Part shown: piece after piece, positions 9,964 through 20,573 of the stretch
Position numbering within the stretch: the first letter of the stretch is position 1
Layout: each line of letters starts with the position of its first letter
Virus record (IMG/VR): IMGVR_UViG_3300050343_000268
Coordinates: 1 to 64,000 of that record
Length of the DNA: 64,000 nucleotides
Source of the DNA: a virus
Reading direction: 5' to 3' (one strand)
The notes under the pieces: model-generated
Database searches by the model: none
What the model saw: the letters and a program-made list of their open reading frames with translations, nothing else
Told to the model about the DNA's origin: nothing
Position numbers and translations under genes: made by a program

Positions 9964-11838
9964 ATGGCAACGAAAACAGCTACAGGCTTAGCAAATGTTG
10001 GTGACATCATTAACAAGATTTATAACTTTGAACCAGACGAAGATGATACAGCTGGTATAGCTGCAAAAAGAGCATGGGAATATGATACTGCTTCTTCGGC
10101 TATTAAAAATCAACAGGCTAAAGAATTAGCAACACATGATGCTGCAATTGCAACAGGTTTGACCACAACAACTGCTGCATTAGAACTGGCAAACGAATCT
10201 GCAATGAGTGCTCAGAATGCAGCGCAGGATTCAATAAGGATGGGAGCTGAATATGATTATCAATCAACTTTTGCGAAAGATGCTGATAACCGAGCTCTGA
10301 CAGCTGCAGCTCAAGGTGGTGATATACAGCAGAACCAGACGAAACTTGAAGGAAAAATTCAAACTGGATTAACAAAAACACAAGGATCACAAGAACGTCT
10401 TAACATTCTTAAGCAAGGTGGAGTTGATGTAAAAAAAATTCAAGCGCAAGGTGGTATTGATAAGTGGTTGCAGACTAAAGAAGGTCAGCAAGAGATGGCT
10501 CAACTTAAAGAACAAGGAAAGGTAGATGTAAGTAAAATTGAGGCATCTGGAGATCAAGATCGTCAAAGTATTGCAGCTCAAAGCTTTGCAGATAATGCAC
10601 TGGCTGTTACGCAAGGTGATCAAGAACGTAAGAGTATTACAAAACAAGGAACTGTCGATGTTGACAAGATCAAAGCTTCAGGTGATCAAGATCGGCAGGG
10701 CATCGCTGCACAAAGCGCTGCAGATAATATTCTTGCTATTACCCAAGGAGATCAGGAGCGTTTGAGTATCCTCAAGCAAGGCGGAGTTGACGTAAGAAAG
10801 ATTCAGACCCAAGGTGGTATTGATAAGTGGCTGCAGACTAAAGAAGGTCAGCAAGAGATGGCTCAACTTAAAGCACAAGGAAAGGTAGATGTAAGCAAAA
10901 TTCAGGTATCTGGTGCTCAAGATAGAAAAGGTATAGCGACTCAAGGACAGCAAGATAGAGCTACTCAAAGAGAAGCTTTAAGATCTGAGGAATCTCAAAT
11001 TAGAATTTCTGGAGATCAAGACAGGAGAGGTATTAGAACACAAGGACAGCAAGAAAGAGCTACTCAAAGAGAAGCTCTAAGATCTGAGGAATCCCAAATT
11101 AGAATTTCTGGAGATCAAGACAGGAGAGGTATTGCAACACAAGGAAAGCAAGATAGATATTCTATGGTTACAGAAGGTCAACAGCAACGGAAGAATATTG
11201 ATAGAGAGGGACTACAGCAAAGAGCAGGAATTAGAACAGAAGGTCAACAAGACAGGATGGCGATCGATAAACAAGGTAGGGTTGACTTATCGAAAATAAG
11301 TCGAACAGGCGCAGAAGATAGGAAAGGAATGAGGGTTGAAGCTCAAGAAGATCGTCGGGGAATGAGGGTTGAAGGTCAAGAAGATCGACGAGGTATATAT
11401 GCACAAGGCAATGTAGACAAGGCCAATATTATGGCAACTGGGAATCAAGAGAGGCTGAACTTAGGTAAACAAGGAAGGGAAGACCGTGCAGGCATGAGAA
11501 CACAGGGGGACCAGCAGCGGAAAGCTATTAGAACTGAAGGGGATCAAGATCGTAAAGGGATGCGAACTCAAGGATCACAAGATAGAAAGAATATTAGTGC
11601 ACAAAGCTTTGCAGACAAAGCTCTAACACGAGTTAAAGGTAGTCAAGACAGAAAGGGGATTACTGTCCAGGGATCACAGGATCGTCTTCTTGCTAAAACT
11701 TCTGGAAAGGAAGATCGTAAAGGCATTGCAGCGCAAGGTAAGCAAGAACGCTTGAACATGATGCAACAGACTAAAGAAGATGGTAATAAAGCGAATCGAG
11801 AAAACTCCTATGCACGTGGCTTGGCAGGTATGTTCTGA
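9964..11838 (+). CDS. Long 11-residue-repeat (QGxQDRxxI) protein
   Basis: Hendecad periodicity over more than 450 aa, with near-exact internal DNA duplications. Confidence 0.75.
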   Translation: MATKTATGLANVGDIINKIYNFEPDEDDTAGIAAKRAWEYDTASSAIKNQQAKELATHDAAIATGLTTTTAALELANESAMSAQNAAQDSIRMGAEYDYQSTFAKDADNRALTAAAQGGDIQQNQTKLEGKIQTGLTKTQGSQERLNILKQGGVDVKKIQAQGGIDKWLQTKEGQQEMAQLKEQGKVDVSKIEASGDQDRQSIAAQSFADNALAVTQGDQERKSITKQGTVDVDKIKASGDQDRQGIAAQSAADNILAITQGDQERLSILKQGGVDVRKIQTQGGIDKWLQTKEGQQEMAQLKAQGKVDVSKIQVSGAQDRKGIATQGQQDRATQREALRSEESQIRISGDQDRRGIRTQGQQERATQREALRSEESQIRISGDQDRRGIATQGKQDRYSMVTEGQQQRKNIDREGLQQRAGIRTEGQQDRMAIDKQGRVDLSKISRTGAEDRKGMRVEAQEDRRGMRVEGQEDRRGIYAQGNVDKANIMATGNQERLNLGKQGREDRAGMRTQGDQQRKAIRTEGDQDRKGMRTQGSQDRKNISAQSFADKALTRVKGSQDRKGITVQGSQDRLLAKTSGKEDRKGIAAQGKQERLNMMQQTKEDGNKANRENSYARGLAGMF

Positions 11839-12374
11839 TGACTACAACAACAACAAAAAAATCAAAAGTATACTTGACCTTTGTAGATCAATGGCTGGAT
11901 ACACTGCCAGCTTCGGAAAGCGAAGAGTTCAAAGAGTTTGCAGAATATACACCATCCATAATTGAGATTTGGGTGTACTCTGGAATTCTGGGGTATCCAG
12001 GTACTTTTAATGACCTATCAAGATGGGTCAAGATGAAGTACAAAAAACTGAATAGACGTGAAATCCTTAATAGCGAAATTGCTGCTCTACACAGTGATAT
12101 TCAAGATCTGCGTATGGCAGTAACATCTGGTGAAATTAAGGGAGATAATGGTGCTGCAAGATTAGCAGCACTTGAGAAAGAATTACGATCACATATAGAA
12201 GTAAGTGAACGTATCAATAGATCAACTGATAAACGTGGACTTATTCTTGCAGGTGCTGATCGAGTAATGCGCGAACTAACTAATATTTTTAAAGATGATC
12301 CACAATTCTCTGAACCAATTGATAATGCAATGAATGCAGTGTGGGCGAAAGTATACAGTGAGGTAAGTAACTAA
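11838..12374 (+). CDS. Putative terminase small subunit
   Basis: Helical 178-aa ORF upstream of the large terminase; positional inference. Confidence 0.4.
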   Translation: MTTTTTKKSKVYLTFVDQWLDTLPASESEEFKEFAEYTPSIIEIWVYSGILGYPGTFNDLSRWVKMKYKKLNRREILNSEIAALHSDIQDLRMAVTSGEIKGDNGAARLAALEKELRSHIEVSERINRSTDKRGLILAGADRVMRELTNIFKDDPQFSEPIDNAMNAVWAKVYSEVSN

Positions 12375-12661
12375 TGATGATTCCAGACTTACCCGAACTA
12401 CCTGAAGTACTAGATCAAAGTACAACAGCTCTCCGTATGAGAGGCAGATTAACTGCCCCCCTTCCTCAAATGGACAGAGTAGACTTGGGTCAGTATTACT
12501 TTATTGATCCGAGGATTGAAGAACGAAGAAGATATCAGGAAGCAGTAAGAATTGCATTTGAAATTACCCGAAGACAAAATAGGATAGCAAACGCACGTGC
12601 ATCTTATATTGATCGTTTAATGCAGTATCAAGCAGAACGTAAACGAGGCTGGTGGCGTTAG
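12374..12661 (+). CDS. Hypothetical Arg-rich protein
   Basis: 95-aa ORF with stop/start coupling. Confidence 0.55.
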   Translation: MMIPDLPELPEVLDQSTTALRMRGRLTAPLPQMDRVDLGQYYFIDPRIEERRRYQEAVRIAFEITRRQNRIANARASYIDRLMQYQAERKRGWWR

Positions 12662-12686
12662 ACTAGAAAGACTATTAGAAGAATAT

Positions 12687-14225
12687 ATGGCAGTTCCGAG
12701 TATTGCTTTAGCGTACAGAAGAACGGCATTGATGAATGCCACTAAAGTTACAGTAAAGCCGCCATCACCCGAAGTATTAAAAGCAAGAGATAATTTTCAA
12801 GACTTCTGTGTTCTTATGGGAAAACCTCCGGCAAAGCACATGCTGGAATGGCATGCTGAGCTATGTACAGGAGAGGATAGCGAGTGCTTATTGGGAATTG
12901 CTGGTGCTAACACATCTATTCTTGCACCACGTGGTTCTGCAAAAAGTACAGTATTAGGTTTATTTGCAGCTTGGATGATTGGTAGACATACCGCAGCTAA
13001 GAAGATGCTGCGTATTCTATATATTGCCTATATGGTTGACATCAGTAGAGCAAAATCAGCAACAATTAAGGGAATCCTGACAAGCAACAAGTATAGAGAA
13101 ATCTTTCCAATGGTGAGATTATCTAAGATTAAGAGGTCAGATGAATATTGGTCAATTGACTATGAATTTGCAGGAATTGATACAGCAGGGGAAGAAGCAT
13201 TTACCATTGCATGTGGTGGTCTCAAAGGGGCTATTACTTCCAAAAGATCGCAGCTGGTTCTTATCGATGACCCTATTAAATCAGCAGCGTCAATCAACAA
13301 CCCTGACATTCGTCGCGAGATGGAACAGACTTGGTCAAACGTCATCGCACCTACCATGTTCCAAGGTGCACGAGCAGTATGCCTGGGGACACGTTTTCAC
13401 TTTGACGATATCCACGCCACTCTATTTGTACCAAAACATAATTGGAAACAGATTGTTCAAAAAGCAGTAATAACAGACAGCGAAGGAAGGCAGCGTTCGT
13501 ATTGGCCTGAGTTTTGGTCAATGAAATATCTTAATGAACGAAAACTTGAAAATCGTATTGCATTTGCTTACCAGTATTTAAACACTGCTGTTCAATCCAG
13601 TGATGTTGGGATTTCACCTGATCTAATTGTGCACGGGGAAGTGCCGGAAGATTATGATTGTTTGGGTGTAGGAATTGACTTAAGTGCTGGCTTGAACGAA
13701 AAGAACGACTGGACAGTCTTTACGTTAGGGGGTATCAAGGATGGAAAGATTTATTTAATTGACCAACGTAGGGTAAAGAGCATGGGTAATCTTGAAAAGA
13801 TGGATACGCTGTGCGAAATGCTAGCGGATTGGAACATTGTTCTTGAAAATGATGAAGGCCAATATTTTCCTTCGATGTCGCCTTGTATGATATGGCCAGA
13901 AGCAGTTGCTTATCAATCATCGTTTGAAGGTGACTTTAAGAGAGTTATGTTTGATCAACGTGCTCTATATAACCTGAGCTGTTCACCAGTCAAAGGATTT
14001 AAAGGTGACAAGTTAGCAAGACTACGTGGAGTGCTTGGCTTATATGAGCACCGTAAGGTTGTATGGAACAAGTGGCGTAAGTGGAACATTCTTGAAGATG
14101 AACTCATTAACTTTGGCCATTCGCCGCATGATGATGCAGTTGATTCAATGGTGCTGACTATGGGCGGACTTCTAAGACGTGGTGCATTACAGATGGAATT
14201 CAGTGACGATTCAGGGAATCTATAA
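12687..14225 (+). CDS. terL: Terminase large subunit
   Basis: Walker A-like APRGSAKST, Walker B LVLIDDP, GTRFH coupling motif, nuclease GIDLS and HDDAVD. Confidence 0.93.
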   Translation: MAVPSIALAYRRTALMNATKVTVKPPSPEVLKARDNFQDFCVLMGKPPAKHMLEWHAELCTGEDSECLLGIAGANTSILAPRGSAKSTVLGLFAAWMIGRHTAAKKMLRILYIAYMVDISRAKSATIKGILTSNKYREIFPMVRLSKIKRSDEYWSIDYEFAGIDTAGEEAFTIACGGLKGAITSKRSQLVLIDDPIKSAASINNPDIRREMEQTWSNVIAPTMFQGARAVCLGTRFHFDDIHATLFVPKHNWKQIVQKAVITDSEGRQRSYWPEFWSMKYLNERKLENRIAFAYQYLNTAVQSSDVGISPDLIVHGEVPEDYDCLGVGIDLSAGLNEKNDWTVFTLGGIKDGKIYLIDQRRVKSMGNLEKMDTLCEMLADWNIVLENDEGQYFPSMSPCMIWPEAVAYQSSFEGDFKRVMFDQRALYNLSCSPVKGFKGDKLARLRGVLGLYEHRKVVWNKWRKWNILEDELINFGHSPHDDAVDSMVLTMGGLLRRGALQMEFSDDSGNL

Positions 14226-14276
14226 TAAATAACCTTGATATAATAAATAAAATAGTAGTTTAATCAGAGAAATATA

Positions 14277-15062
14277 ATGGCATTTGTTCCTTCACAGAGC
14301 TATATTGATGCAATGAATAGGGCAGGCCGTAAAGGTGACGGTAGCGGAGAACCTCTAAACCCTAATCCATCAGCCACTAGCACCACCACTATCAGCCATA
14401 GCAGCGGGAAACCGATGCTTTCGACTAATTATCTAGAAGATGCAAAAAGGGGATTAACAACTAAACAGTCTAATGACGCACGTAGAGCTGCTTGGGCAGC
14501 AATGGAAGCTTCAAACAAAGCTAAACCAAAACCTACACCTACACCTACACCAAGGCCCACACCAAGACCAACACCAACACCAACACCAACACCAAGACCT
14601 ACCCCAAAGCCTACGCCAGCACCTACACCTACACCTACACCAAGACCAATAGAGGAAAAAGTGAAGCTTATTCCGGGCTTAGAAGAGCGGATAAGTACAC
14701 CAGCCCCTGAAGGCACAGACAAAATCACACTTCTTGTAGGCAAAAATGGTGACATGACGACCACCATCGGTGATGACAATGAAATTACAAGATCTGATAT
14801 TGGTAACGATAACAGTGAAACAGAACTTCGGCTGAAAGTAGCTCCTATAGTTATTCCCGCTACAGATGAGCAAATAGCAATTAGATCTGAAGCAAAAGAA
14901 AAAGCACAGAACTTTCTAGATCTGTTTGGAAGTGTTGGGAAAACAGGTGATATGACAACCTCTATTGGCAATAGGAACATTATTACTGATTCTAGTATTG
15001 GCAACGATAATAGTAAAACCTATGCTTCCTTTGACTATGGCACTGGATTAAATTTCTCGTAA
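14277..15062 (+). CDS. GNDNS-repeat protein 1 with PT-repeat linker
   Basis: Two GKxGDMTTxIGxxNxITxSxIGNDNS motifs; (PT)n stretch at ~14520-14650. Confidence 0.7.
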   Translation: MAFVPSQSYIDAMNRAGRKGDGSGEPLNPNPSATSTTTISHSSGKPMLSTNYLEDAKRGLTTKQSNDARRAAWAAMEASNKAKPKPTPTPTPRPTPRPTPTPTPTPRPTPKPTPAPTPTPTPRPIEEKVKLIPGLEERISTPAPEGTDKITLLVGKNGDMTTTIGDDNEITRSDIGNDNSETELRLKVAPIVIPATDEQIAIRSEAKEKAQNFLDLFGSVGKTGDMTTSIGNRNIITDSSIGNDNSKTYASFDYGTGLNFS

Positions 15063-15106
15063 ATCATATTTGTTAAAATCAGAATATCTAAATCATAAGT
15101 CACAAG

Positions 15107-15733
15107 ATGGGATTAAATACATCAGCTAAAAAGTCAAATGAGGGGACCACAACTCATTATGGCCATATGGACTATGCACGTGATGTAGCCAATGGTATGA
15201 GTGACTCAGAAATCTTGAGTCAAATTCATGCCGAGCCTGGAAAGATGGGAAACGGTGGCGTAGGTGGTGACTTATATAACCAAATTGCAGCTGGAGCAAA
15301 CTCAGGTGGAAGCAGCGGCGGCGGCGGTGGCGGCGGCGGTGGCGGTGGTGGTGGTGGTGGATACGGCCCTAGGCCAACACCCCGTCCAATTTCAGGTGAT
15401 CTACCAGGTGCCGATCGTCCTGTAATCAACGATGCTGACCGTATTACTATCGGTGTTGGTAAAGATGGAGATATGTATACAGGTATTGGTAATGACAATG
15501 TTATTACCAATTCAGACATTGGAAATGACAATAGTGAGACAACTCTCAGGATGCGTATGGACGCAGCTGAGCGAGCACAAAATCACCTAGACCTATTAGC
15601 TGATTTTGGCAAAAAGGGGCACATGACTACTGAAATTGGAGATAGGAACGTTATTACTGATTCTAGGATTGGTAATGATAATAGTATTACATCGGCATGG
15701 ATTGATTTTGGTACTGGGCTCGATTTTTCTTGA
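15107..15733 (+). CDS. GNDNS-repeat protein 2 with poly-Gly linker
   Basis: Paralog of 14277-15062; two motifs; ends DFGTGLDFS. Confidence 0.7.
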   Translation: MGLNTSAKKSNEGTTTHYGHMDYARDVANGMSDSEILSQIHAEPGKMGNGGVGGDLYNQIAAGANSGGSSGGGGGGGGGGGGGGGYGPRPTPRPISGDLPGADRPVINDADRITIGVGKDGDMYTGIGNDNVITNSDIGNDNSETTLRMRMDAAERAQNHLDLLADFGKKGHMTTEIGDRNVITDSRIGNDNSITSAWIDFGTGLDFS

Positions 15734-15787
15734 TTTAAAGAGAAACTGATTACATATATAATATAGAAAGATTTATGTCTAGAAGAG

Positions 15788-17620
15788 ATGGCCAAACCTG
15801 TTCCTGTTGGTAAGTTCGATAATTACGGAGTTAATGAAGCCAAAGGCCGCAAGGCAAAGCAGCTTGAAATAGCAGAGGGTTTTGCTTCGAGCCCACAGAA
15901 TGTATGGACAAGGTCTGCTGGTAACCATGCAAAAAAGCAAGCGAATTGGGCACAAACAAACCTTACAAATAGAGAGGGTTATCAGCAAAATCAAACCGAC
16001 TTTGCTTCCTGGGAAAATCTTGACAACTATTTCAATGACACTGCCGGTGCCTTTAAACAACAGGGTGGAAGTAGAAAAAATAAGTTTGGAAAAAAAGACG
16101 TTGAATATCTTACTAAAGTAGGAGTGAATCAAGATGTTATTAATTCGCATGTAAGCGGATTAGATAAAAGCGGAATCCATCAAAACTATTGGAATAACGA
16201 TGCTGCAAAGCACCTACATACTGATGGATGGGACTCCGGTGCGCACTTTAATAACAGTGATCGTAAATATGTAAAAGACAATAATATGAATCTGGTAGAC
16301 CAGATCAACGCATATGGCGCAAGAAGGAGCTCTAAAAAAGGCGGCACATCCCATTTAGATAATGCATCTAAAAAAGCATTACAAGAAGCTGGGCAATATC
16401 AAGACTACATGAGCCAATTTGCTCAAGGTCACACCAAAGAGGCTGGGATCAATTCATACAACAGAGAAGGAAGTAAGAATATTATTGGCGCAGATATTCG
16501 GTATTTGGAAAGTCAAGGATACTCTAATAAAGACATTACAAATTGGATGGCGTCACAGAAAAAGAATGACAAAGGCGAAGGTAAAGGAGTAAATCATTGG
16601 GCAGCAAGCTGGATGAATAAGCAAGGTATGGTCGATACCTATGAAAACTATCAAGCCCCTTCTACGCCTCAATCAGACGCAAAAGAACGCGCTCAAAACC
16701 AGTTAGCCAAAGGTGGTAAGACTGTTAATAACAACCAATCTTATGGAGCAAGTGACTACAACAACTCTATAAACGATAGTTACAATAAGTCATCATCTCA
16801 AGTAGCAAAAGACAGCTACAATAGACAGCTGACTAATACTACTAACAACAATCAAAACAAGTCTGTAAACGATAGCAATAATAGACAGCTGACTAATACT
16901 ACTAACAACAATCAAGACCAAAGAAGATACGACCAGCGCGATCAATCAGTACAAGATAGCAATAACTCATCCTCATCATTGAATTACTCACCTACTTCTA
17001 CTAACACTACATCAAATAGCAATAATTCTGCATCAGCTGTAAAATATGATGCAACATCAACATCCAATAGCAACAACAGAACTCAAACCAATCAACAACA
17101 AAACCTACTGACGTCTAATTCAAATAATGTAACTGATAGTGGTAACCTTAGCGCGACTATGAATTCTGATATTAAATCAGGTAAAACTGGTAACATGACA
17201 TTTAATTTAGGGGATAACAATGATGTAATGGGCTCCGCACTGGGTAACGATAATAGTGTGACTATTACAGGTGGTACAAGCGGTGGTATGGACAATATGT
17301 TAGGTCTCGCTGCTTACCAAGCCTTGAACAATAATCAATTTGCAAGATCAAGCCAGGGGTTGAACGGCACAGGCCGTAGTGCAATGCAAATAAAACAGAT
17401 GAATGATTCGATCGGTGCCCAGGATACAGCCAAAAATGCATACAACATGGCAGGAATGTACCAACAGTATTTCAACGATTCTTCTAAAGCAATGCAAGGA
17501 TCTTGGGCTGGAGATATCTTTGACTTCAACGCACCTGAATGGATGCAGGGTTCAACACCATCAAACCCCAAAGATGACACCAAAAATATTTTTAAAAATG
17601 GGATGATGCAGTTCAGTTAA
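15788..17620 (+). CDS. Asn/Ser/Gln-rich protein with one GNDNS motif
   Basis: GKTGNMTFNLGDNNDVMGSALGNDNS; tandem NRQLTNTTNNNQ repeat. Confidence 0.7.
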   Translation: MAKPVPVGKFDNYGVNEAKGRKAKQLEIAEGFASSPQNVWTRSAGNHAKKQANWAQTNLTNREGYQQNQTDFASWENLDNYFNDTAGAFKQQGGSRKNKFGKKDVEYLTKVGVNQDVINSHVSGLDKSGIHQNYWNNDAAKHLHTDGWDSGAHFNNSDRKYVKDNNMNLVDQINAYGARRSSKKGGTSHLDNASKKALQEAGQYQDYMSQFAQGHTKEAGINSYNREGSKNIIGADIRYLESQGYSNKDITNWMASQKKNDKGEGKGVNHWAASWMNKQGMVDTYENYQAPSTPQSDAKERAQNQLAKGGKTVNNNQSYGASDYNNSINDSYNKSSSQVAKDSYNRQLTNTTNNNQNKSVNDSNNRQLTNTTNNNQDQRRYDQRDQSVQDSNNSSSSLNYSPTSTNTTSNSNNSASAVKYDATSTSNSNNRTQTNQQQNLLTSNSNNVTDSGNLSATMNSDIKSGKTGNMTFNLGDNNDVMGSALGNDNSVTITGGTSGGMDNMLGLAAYQALNNNQFARSSQGLNGTGRSAMQIKQMNDSIGAQDTAKNAYNMAGMYQQYFNDSSKAMQGSWAGDIFDFNAPEWMQGSTPSNPKDDTKNIFKNGMMQFS

Positions 17621-17663
17621 TCACTCTCTTCGTTAGACTAATTAGGGATATAAATAAATAGAA

Positions 17664-19931
17664 ATGAAACACAATAGTCAGCAGTTTCAAGAAATACTTA
17701 ATGCAGCAAAAGAGAAACGTGGTGACTTACCTGTAGACACAATGATTGTGTCTTCACATCTAGCACAAATGCGTCTTTTTATTCTAAGGCGTGGGGTTGA
17801 ATTTTTCTGCGGTCAGGACACGTACGGCAACCGACGTGAATTTATTAAAAACGTTTATGAGAGCAATATGCTCGAAATGAAACTAGATAGTATTATTGAT
17901 TATTTCTTGTGTGATGGTCAAGGGTTGTTTTACTTTAGACCAGCTGGAGATTCATATCAACTATTATATTTTCCAAAAGAAAGCTATAGATGTTACCGCG
18001 ATCAATCAAGTGAGATTGAGCATGTAGAGCTTATCTACACCTTCGAGGTCAAAGAGCCATCTATGCTTGATGCTTATGCCACTCCAGGTAAACGCGGTGG
18101 ACGTAAGAAATATATAAAACTCAAAGTATATAAAGACCGTATTGAACAAACAATATCAAATGAGAAAATAGAGTTCGAGAATTCTGGTGGTTCACTCGTA
18201 ATGCCACAGGCTGGTCAGACTGAGACACTGAGTAATAGCCTTGGTTTTATCCCTGCTGTAGAGGTCTTCAATCATCTGGATTGCACAGGCGAATCGACAG
18301 GAGTTGGTGAATTTGATTGGATGGCAAATCAAATCCTTTTCCATGATGAATTAGTACGAAATGTTCGCAAGAACATGAAGTTCTTTGGAAATCCAACTCT
18401 GGTATCAAGCCGACCTCGACACGATATTTTGGAAAGTGGGGATGAAGGTACTTTTAGACCAACAATTAGTTCTCAGGCTGGGTTTTACGCACAGGACAGG
18501 CCAAGTACACGAGTCAGCCAGCCTGGATTTAGCGCGGGTGCGGATGGGCAAATTAAAGTTCCACGTGTGATTGCCAATCTTGAACCAACCGATCGTGTCT
18601 CTTATATGACACCAGATGCGGTAAGTGGGGATCAGAATATGTACGTAAAACAGTACAGATCCGAAATCCGACTTGCACTTGGTGGGGTAGATGATCTTGA
18701 TTTTAATATGGCATCATCAGCTTACGAGATGAAATCTCTATACGGACGGTGTGCAGCAACTGCTGAAAAGAAGGCTAAAGCCTTGTTTGAGTATGGTTTA
18801 TGCAAGTTATTTGCACTAATGATTCAGCATGAAGAATATTTATTTGAACAATCATTCGCCACAGCAATTGGGCTAGCTGTACCCGAACCCCCATTACAGG
18901 AACAATATGATGATCCTGAGTTATTTGAAAAGGCTCAGCAGGATTATCAAATCTCGATGCAGAAATACCAGTCTAAGTATGATAAACAGTTTTCTGCTAG
19001 TATTGAGTCAGGTGAAATACCTAATGGGGTTACTGGTTTAATCCCTGATGGCAGCAGTAAAGTCAATTGGCGCTGGACTGGTGAAATTTTTGAAGAGGAT
19101 TCACAAGGCATACTAAACAACAGTATTGTCGTAAGAAACCTTCAGGAACTTGGAGTTGATTCCATTGAATCTCTCAAATACCTATTCCCAAGCAAAACTG
19201 ACGAAGAACGCGCTGCAATGCTAACCGGCTTCCCTTTCAGGATGGTCGAAAAATCACAACAAGCGTTTAATCAATTTATTTCGATGGTTGGTCAGTTGTA
19301 TCAACTACCCCATCCACAAATGCCCAATCAGCCATTAGCAGCTGATCCGAATCTTGATATCACAGGGTTCCTATATAGATCACTCGAATTTTTACGTAAG
19401 GAGTTAAGTTACAGTGGAAAGTACAAGCCCGACAATGGCGAGCAGCTCCCAAGCAAGCTCACCGATGCAGACCGCCGCCGCGCCGAACTTGGCCTCCCCG
19501 TCAGGGACGAGCAGCCCATCAAGCTACCAGGCGTCGCCCCAGGTTTCAGTGGCACCCCAGGCTCCAATGGGTTACCAGCCAATGGCGGCCCCGCAGGCTT
19601 CGGCGGCCCCGGCAGCAGCAGCGAATCCTTGGCAGGAAGCGTTCCAGGCACTCAGCGCAAGCCTGAATACACCTCAAGCGTCCCCGGCCCAGGCGTCGTA
19701 CTCGGCTTATCAGACGCCAACGACTCAGGCCAGTACCCAGGCCAGTTGGGGCTATCAGCCCCAGCCATGGGCAGACCAGGGGCACCAGACCTACAGTCCC
19801 CAAGCTTCAACCCCGGCTTATTCGGCCCAGGAGCTCAACCAAATCCAGCAGCTGGTGGCTCAGCAGCAGTATCAGCAGCAGGCAGCAGCACAGGCTCAGT
19901 ATCTAAGCCAAGGCGCAAGCGAGGCAGGTGA
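17664..19931 (+). CDS. Putative portal protein with disordered C-terminal tail
   Basis: Size and position between terminase and scaffold/capsid; portal-like helical core. Confidence 0.65.
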   Translation: MKHNSQQFQEILNAAKEKRGDLPVDTMIVSSHLAQMRLFILRRGVEFFCGQDTYGNRREFIKNVYESNMLEMKLDSIIDYFLCDGQGLFYFRPAGDSYQLLYFPKESYRCYRDQSSEIEHVELIYTFEVKEPSMLDAYATPGKRGGRKKYIKLKVYKDRIEQTISNEKIEFENSGGSLVMPQAGQTETLSNSLGFIPAVEVFNHLDCTGESTGVGEFDWMANQILFHDELVRNVRKNMKFFGNPTLVSSRPRHDILESGDEGTFRPTISSQAGFYAQDRPSTRVSQPGFSAGADGQIKVPRVIANLEPTDRVSYMTPDAVSGDQNMYVKQYRSEIRLALGGVDDLDFNMASSAYEMKSLYGRCAATAEKKAKALFEYGLCKLFALMIQHEEYLFEQSFATAIGLAVPEPPLQEQYDDPELFEKAQQDYQISMQKYQSKYDKQFSASIESGEIPNGVTGLIPDGSSKVNWRWTGEIFEEDSQGILNNSIVVRNLQELGVDSIESLKYLFPSKTDEERAAMLTGFPFRMVEKSQQAFNQFISMVGQLYQLPHPQMPNQPLAADPNLDITGFLYRSLEFLRKELSYSGKYKPDNGEQLPSKLTDADRRRAELGLPVRDEQPIKLPGVAPGFSGTPGSNGLPANGGPAGFGGPGSSSESLAGSVPGTQRKPEYTSSVPGPGVVLGLSDANDSGQYPGQLGLSAPAMGRPGAPDLQSPSFNPGLFGPGAQPNPAAGGSAAVSAAGSSTGSVSKPRRKRGR

Positions 19932-20463
19932 TTCCTACCTCAGTCAAATCTCTGACGTAAGCCTTGAAGTTCTTGAGCATTTTGGCGCTGAAGCTCCTGC
20001 ATTGCTGAATAACTATGCATGTGCCGTTGAGGATGCACTGATCGAACAGGTTGGCCGTAACGGCACCATGGATTTGATGCTGGATGCAGCTTCAGAAGAG
20101 CGTGCTGCAATGAACATCATGCTCACCGACCCTGATGTCCTGGCTGATTATGTCAACGGATTCTTCGGTGCTAATGGTCCTTACCCAACACCAACGCAAG
20201 CAGAAGCTGCTGCAATCAATGAGTACCTAGCACGTGAGCAGTTTGCTCAAGAGATCGCACATCAAGAAGAGCGTGGAGTTCCTAACAACTTCCAACGCCC
20301 AGTAATGGATATGCCTACGCCTGGTCGTCAGCAGAGCGCAGCCAACTCTTTCTGGGGTGACTTCAGCGAGCTAATGGATAACAACCCTGAAAATGCATGG
20401 CAGTACCTTTCCGGTGCACCAGCTCAGGCTTTCCAAAGCAAATTGCTTGTTCAGGACTACTGA
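19414..20463 (+). CDS. Putative capsid scaffolding protein, overlapping the portal 3' end
   Basis: GTG start preceded by AAGGAG; Q/A/P-rich N-terminus, acidic helical C-terminus; followed by a hairpin. Confidence 0.55.
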   Translation: MESTSPTMASSSQASSPMQTAAAPNLASPSGTSSPSSYQASPQVSVAPQAPMGYQPMAAPQASAAPAAAANPWQEAFQALSASLNTPQASPAQASYSAYQTPTTQASTQASWGYQPQPWADQGHQTYSPQASTPAYSAQELNQIQQLVAQQQYQQQAAAQAQYLSQGASEAGDSYLSQISDVSLEVLEHFGAEAPALLNNYACAVEDALIEQVGRNGTMDLMLDAASEERAAMNIMLTDPDVLADYVNGFFGANGPYPTPTQAEAAAINEYLAREQFAQEIAHQEERGVPNNFQRPVMDMPTPGRQQSAANSFWGDFSELMDNNPENAWQYLSGAPAQAFQSKLLVQDY

Positions 20464-20470
20464 TAAATAA

Positions 20471-20505
20471 AGCTAAGGGTTCTCTATTAAAGGGAACCCT
20501 AGTTT
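20471..20505 (+). terminator. Intrinsic terminator-like hairpin
   Basis: AGGGTTCTCT-ATTA-AAGGGAACCCT after the stop codon. Confidence 0.6.
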
Positions 20506-20573
20506 GACTTAATAAGGAAAATTCTTATTTAAGTTAATTTTATTAGAATAGAACTATTGAATGTTATTGAAAA

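Noticed and set aside
10380-11140. Direct repeats as a CRISPR array
   Set aside because: In-frame coding duplications without unique spacers; the same holds for 16820-16915 and 14520-14650.
14429-15531. Antisense ORFs (GV-repeat, poly-Pro) and similar shadow ORFs elsewhere
   Set aside because: Mirror images of low-complexity sense genes, with no independent support.
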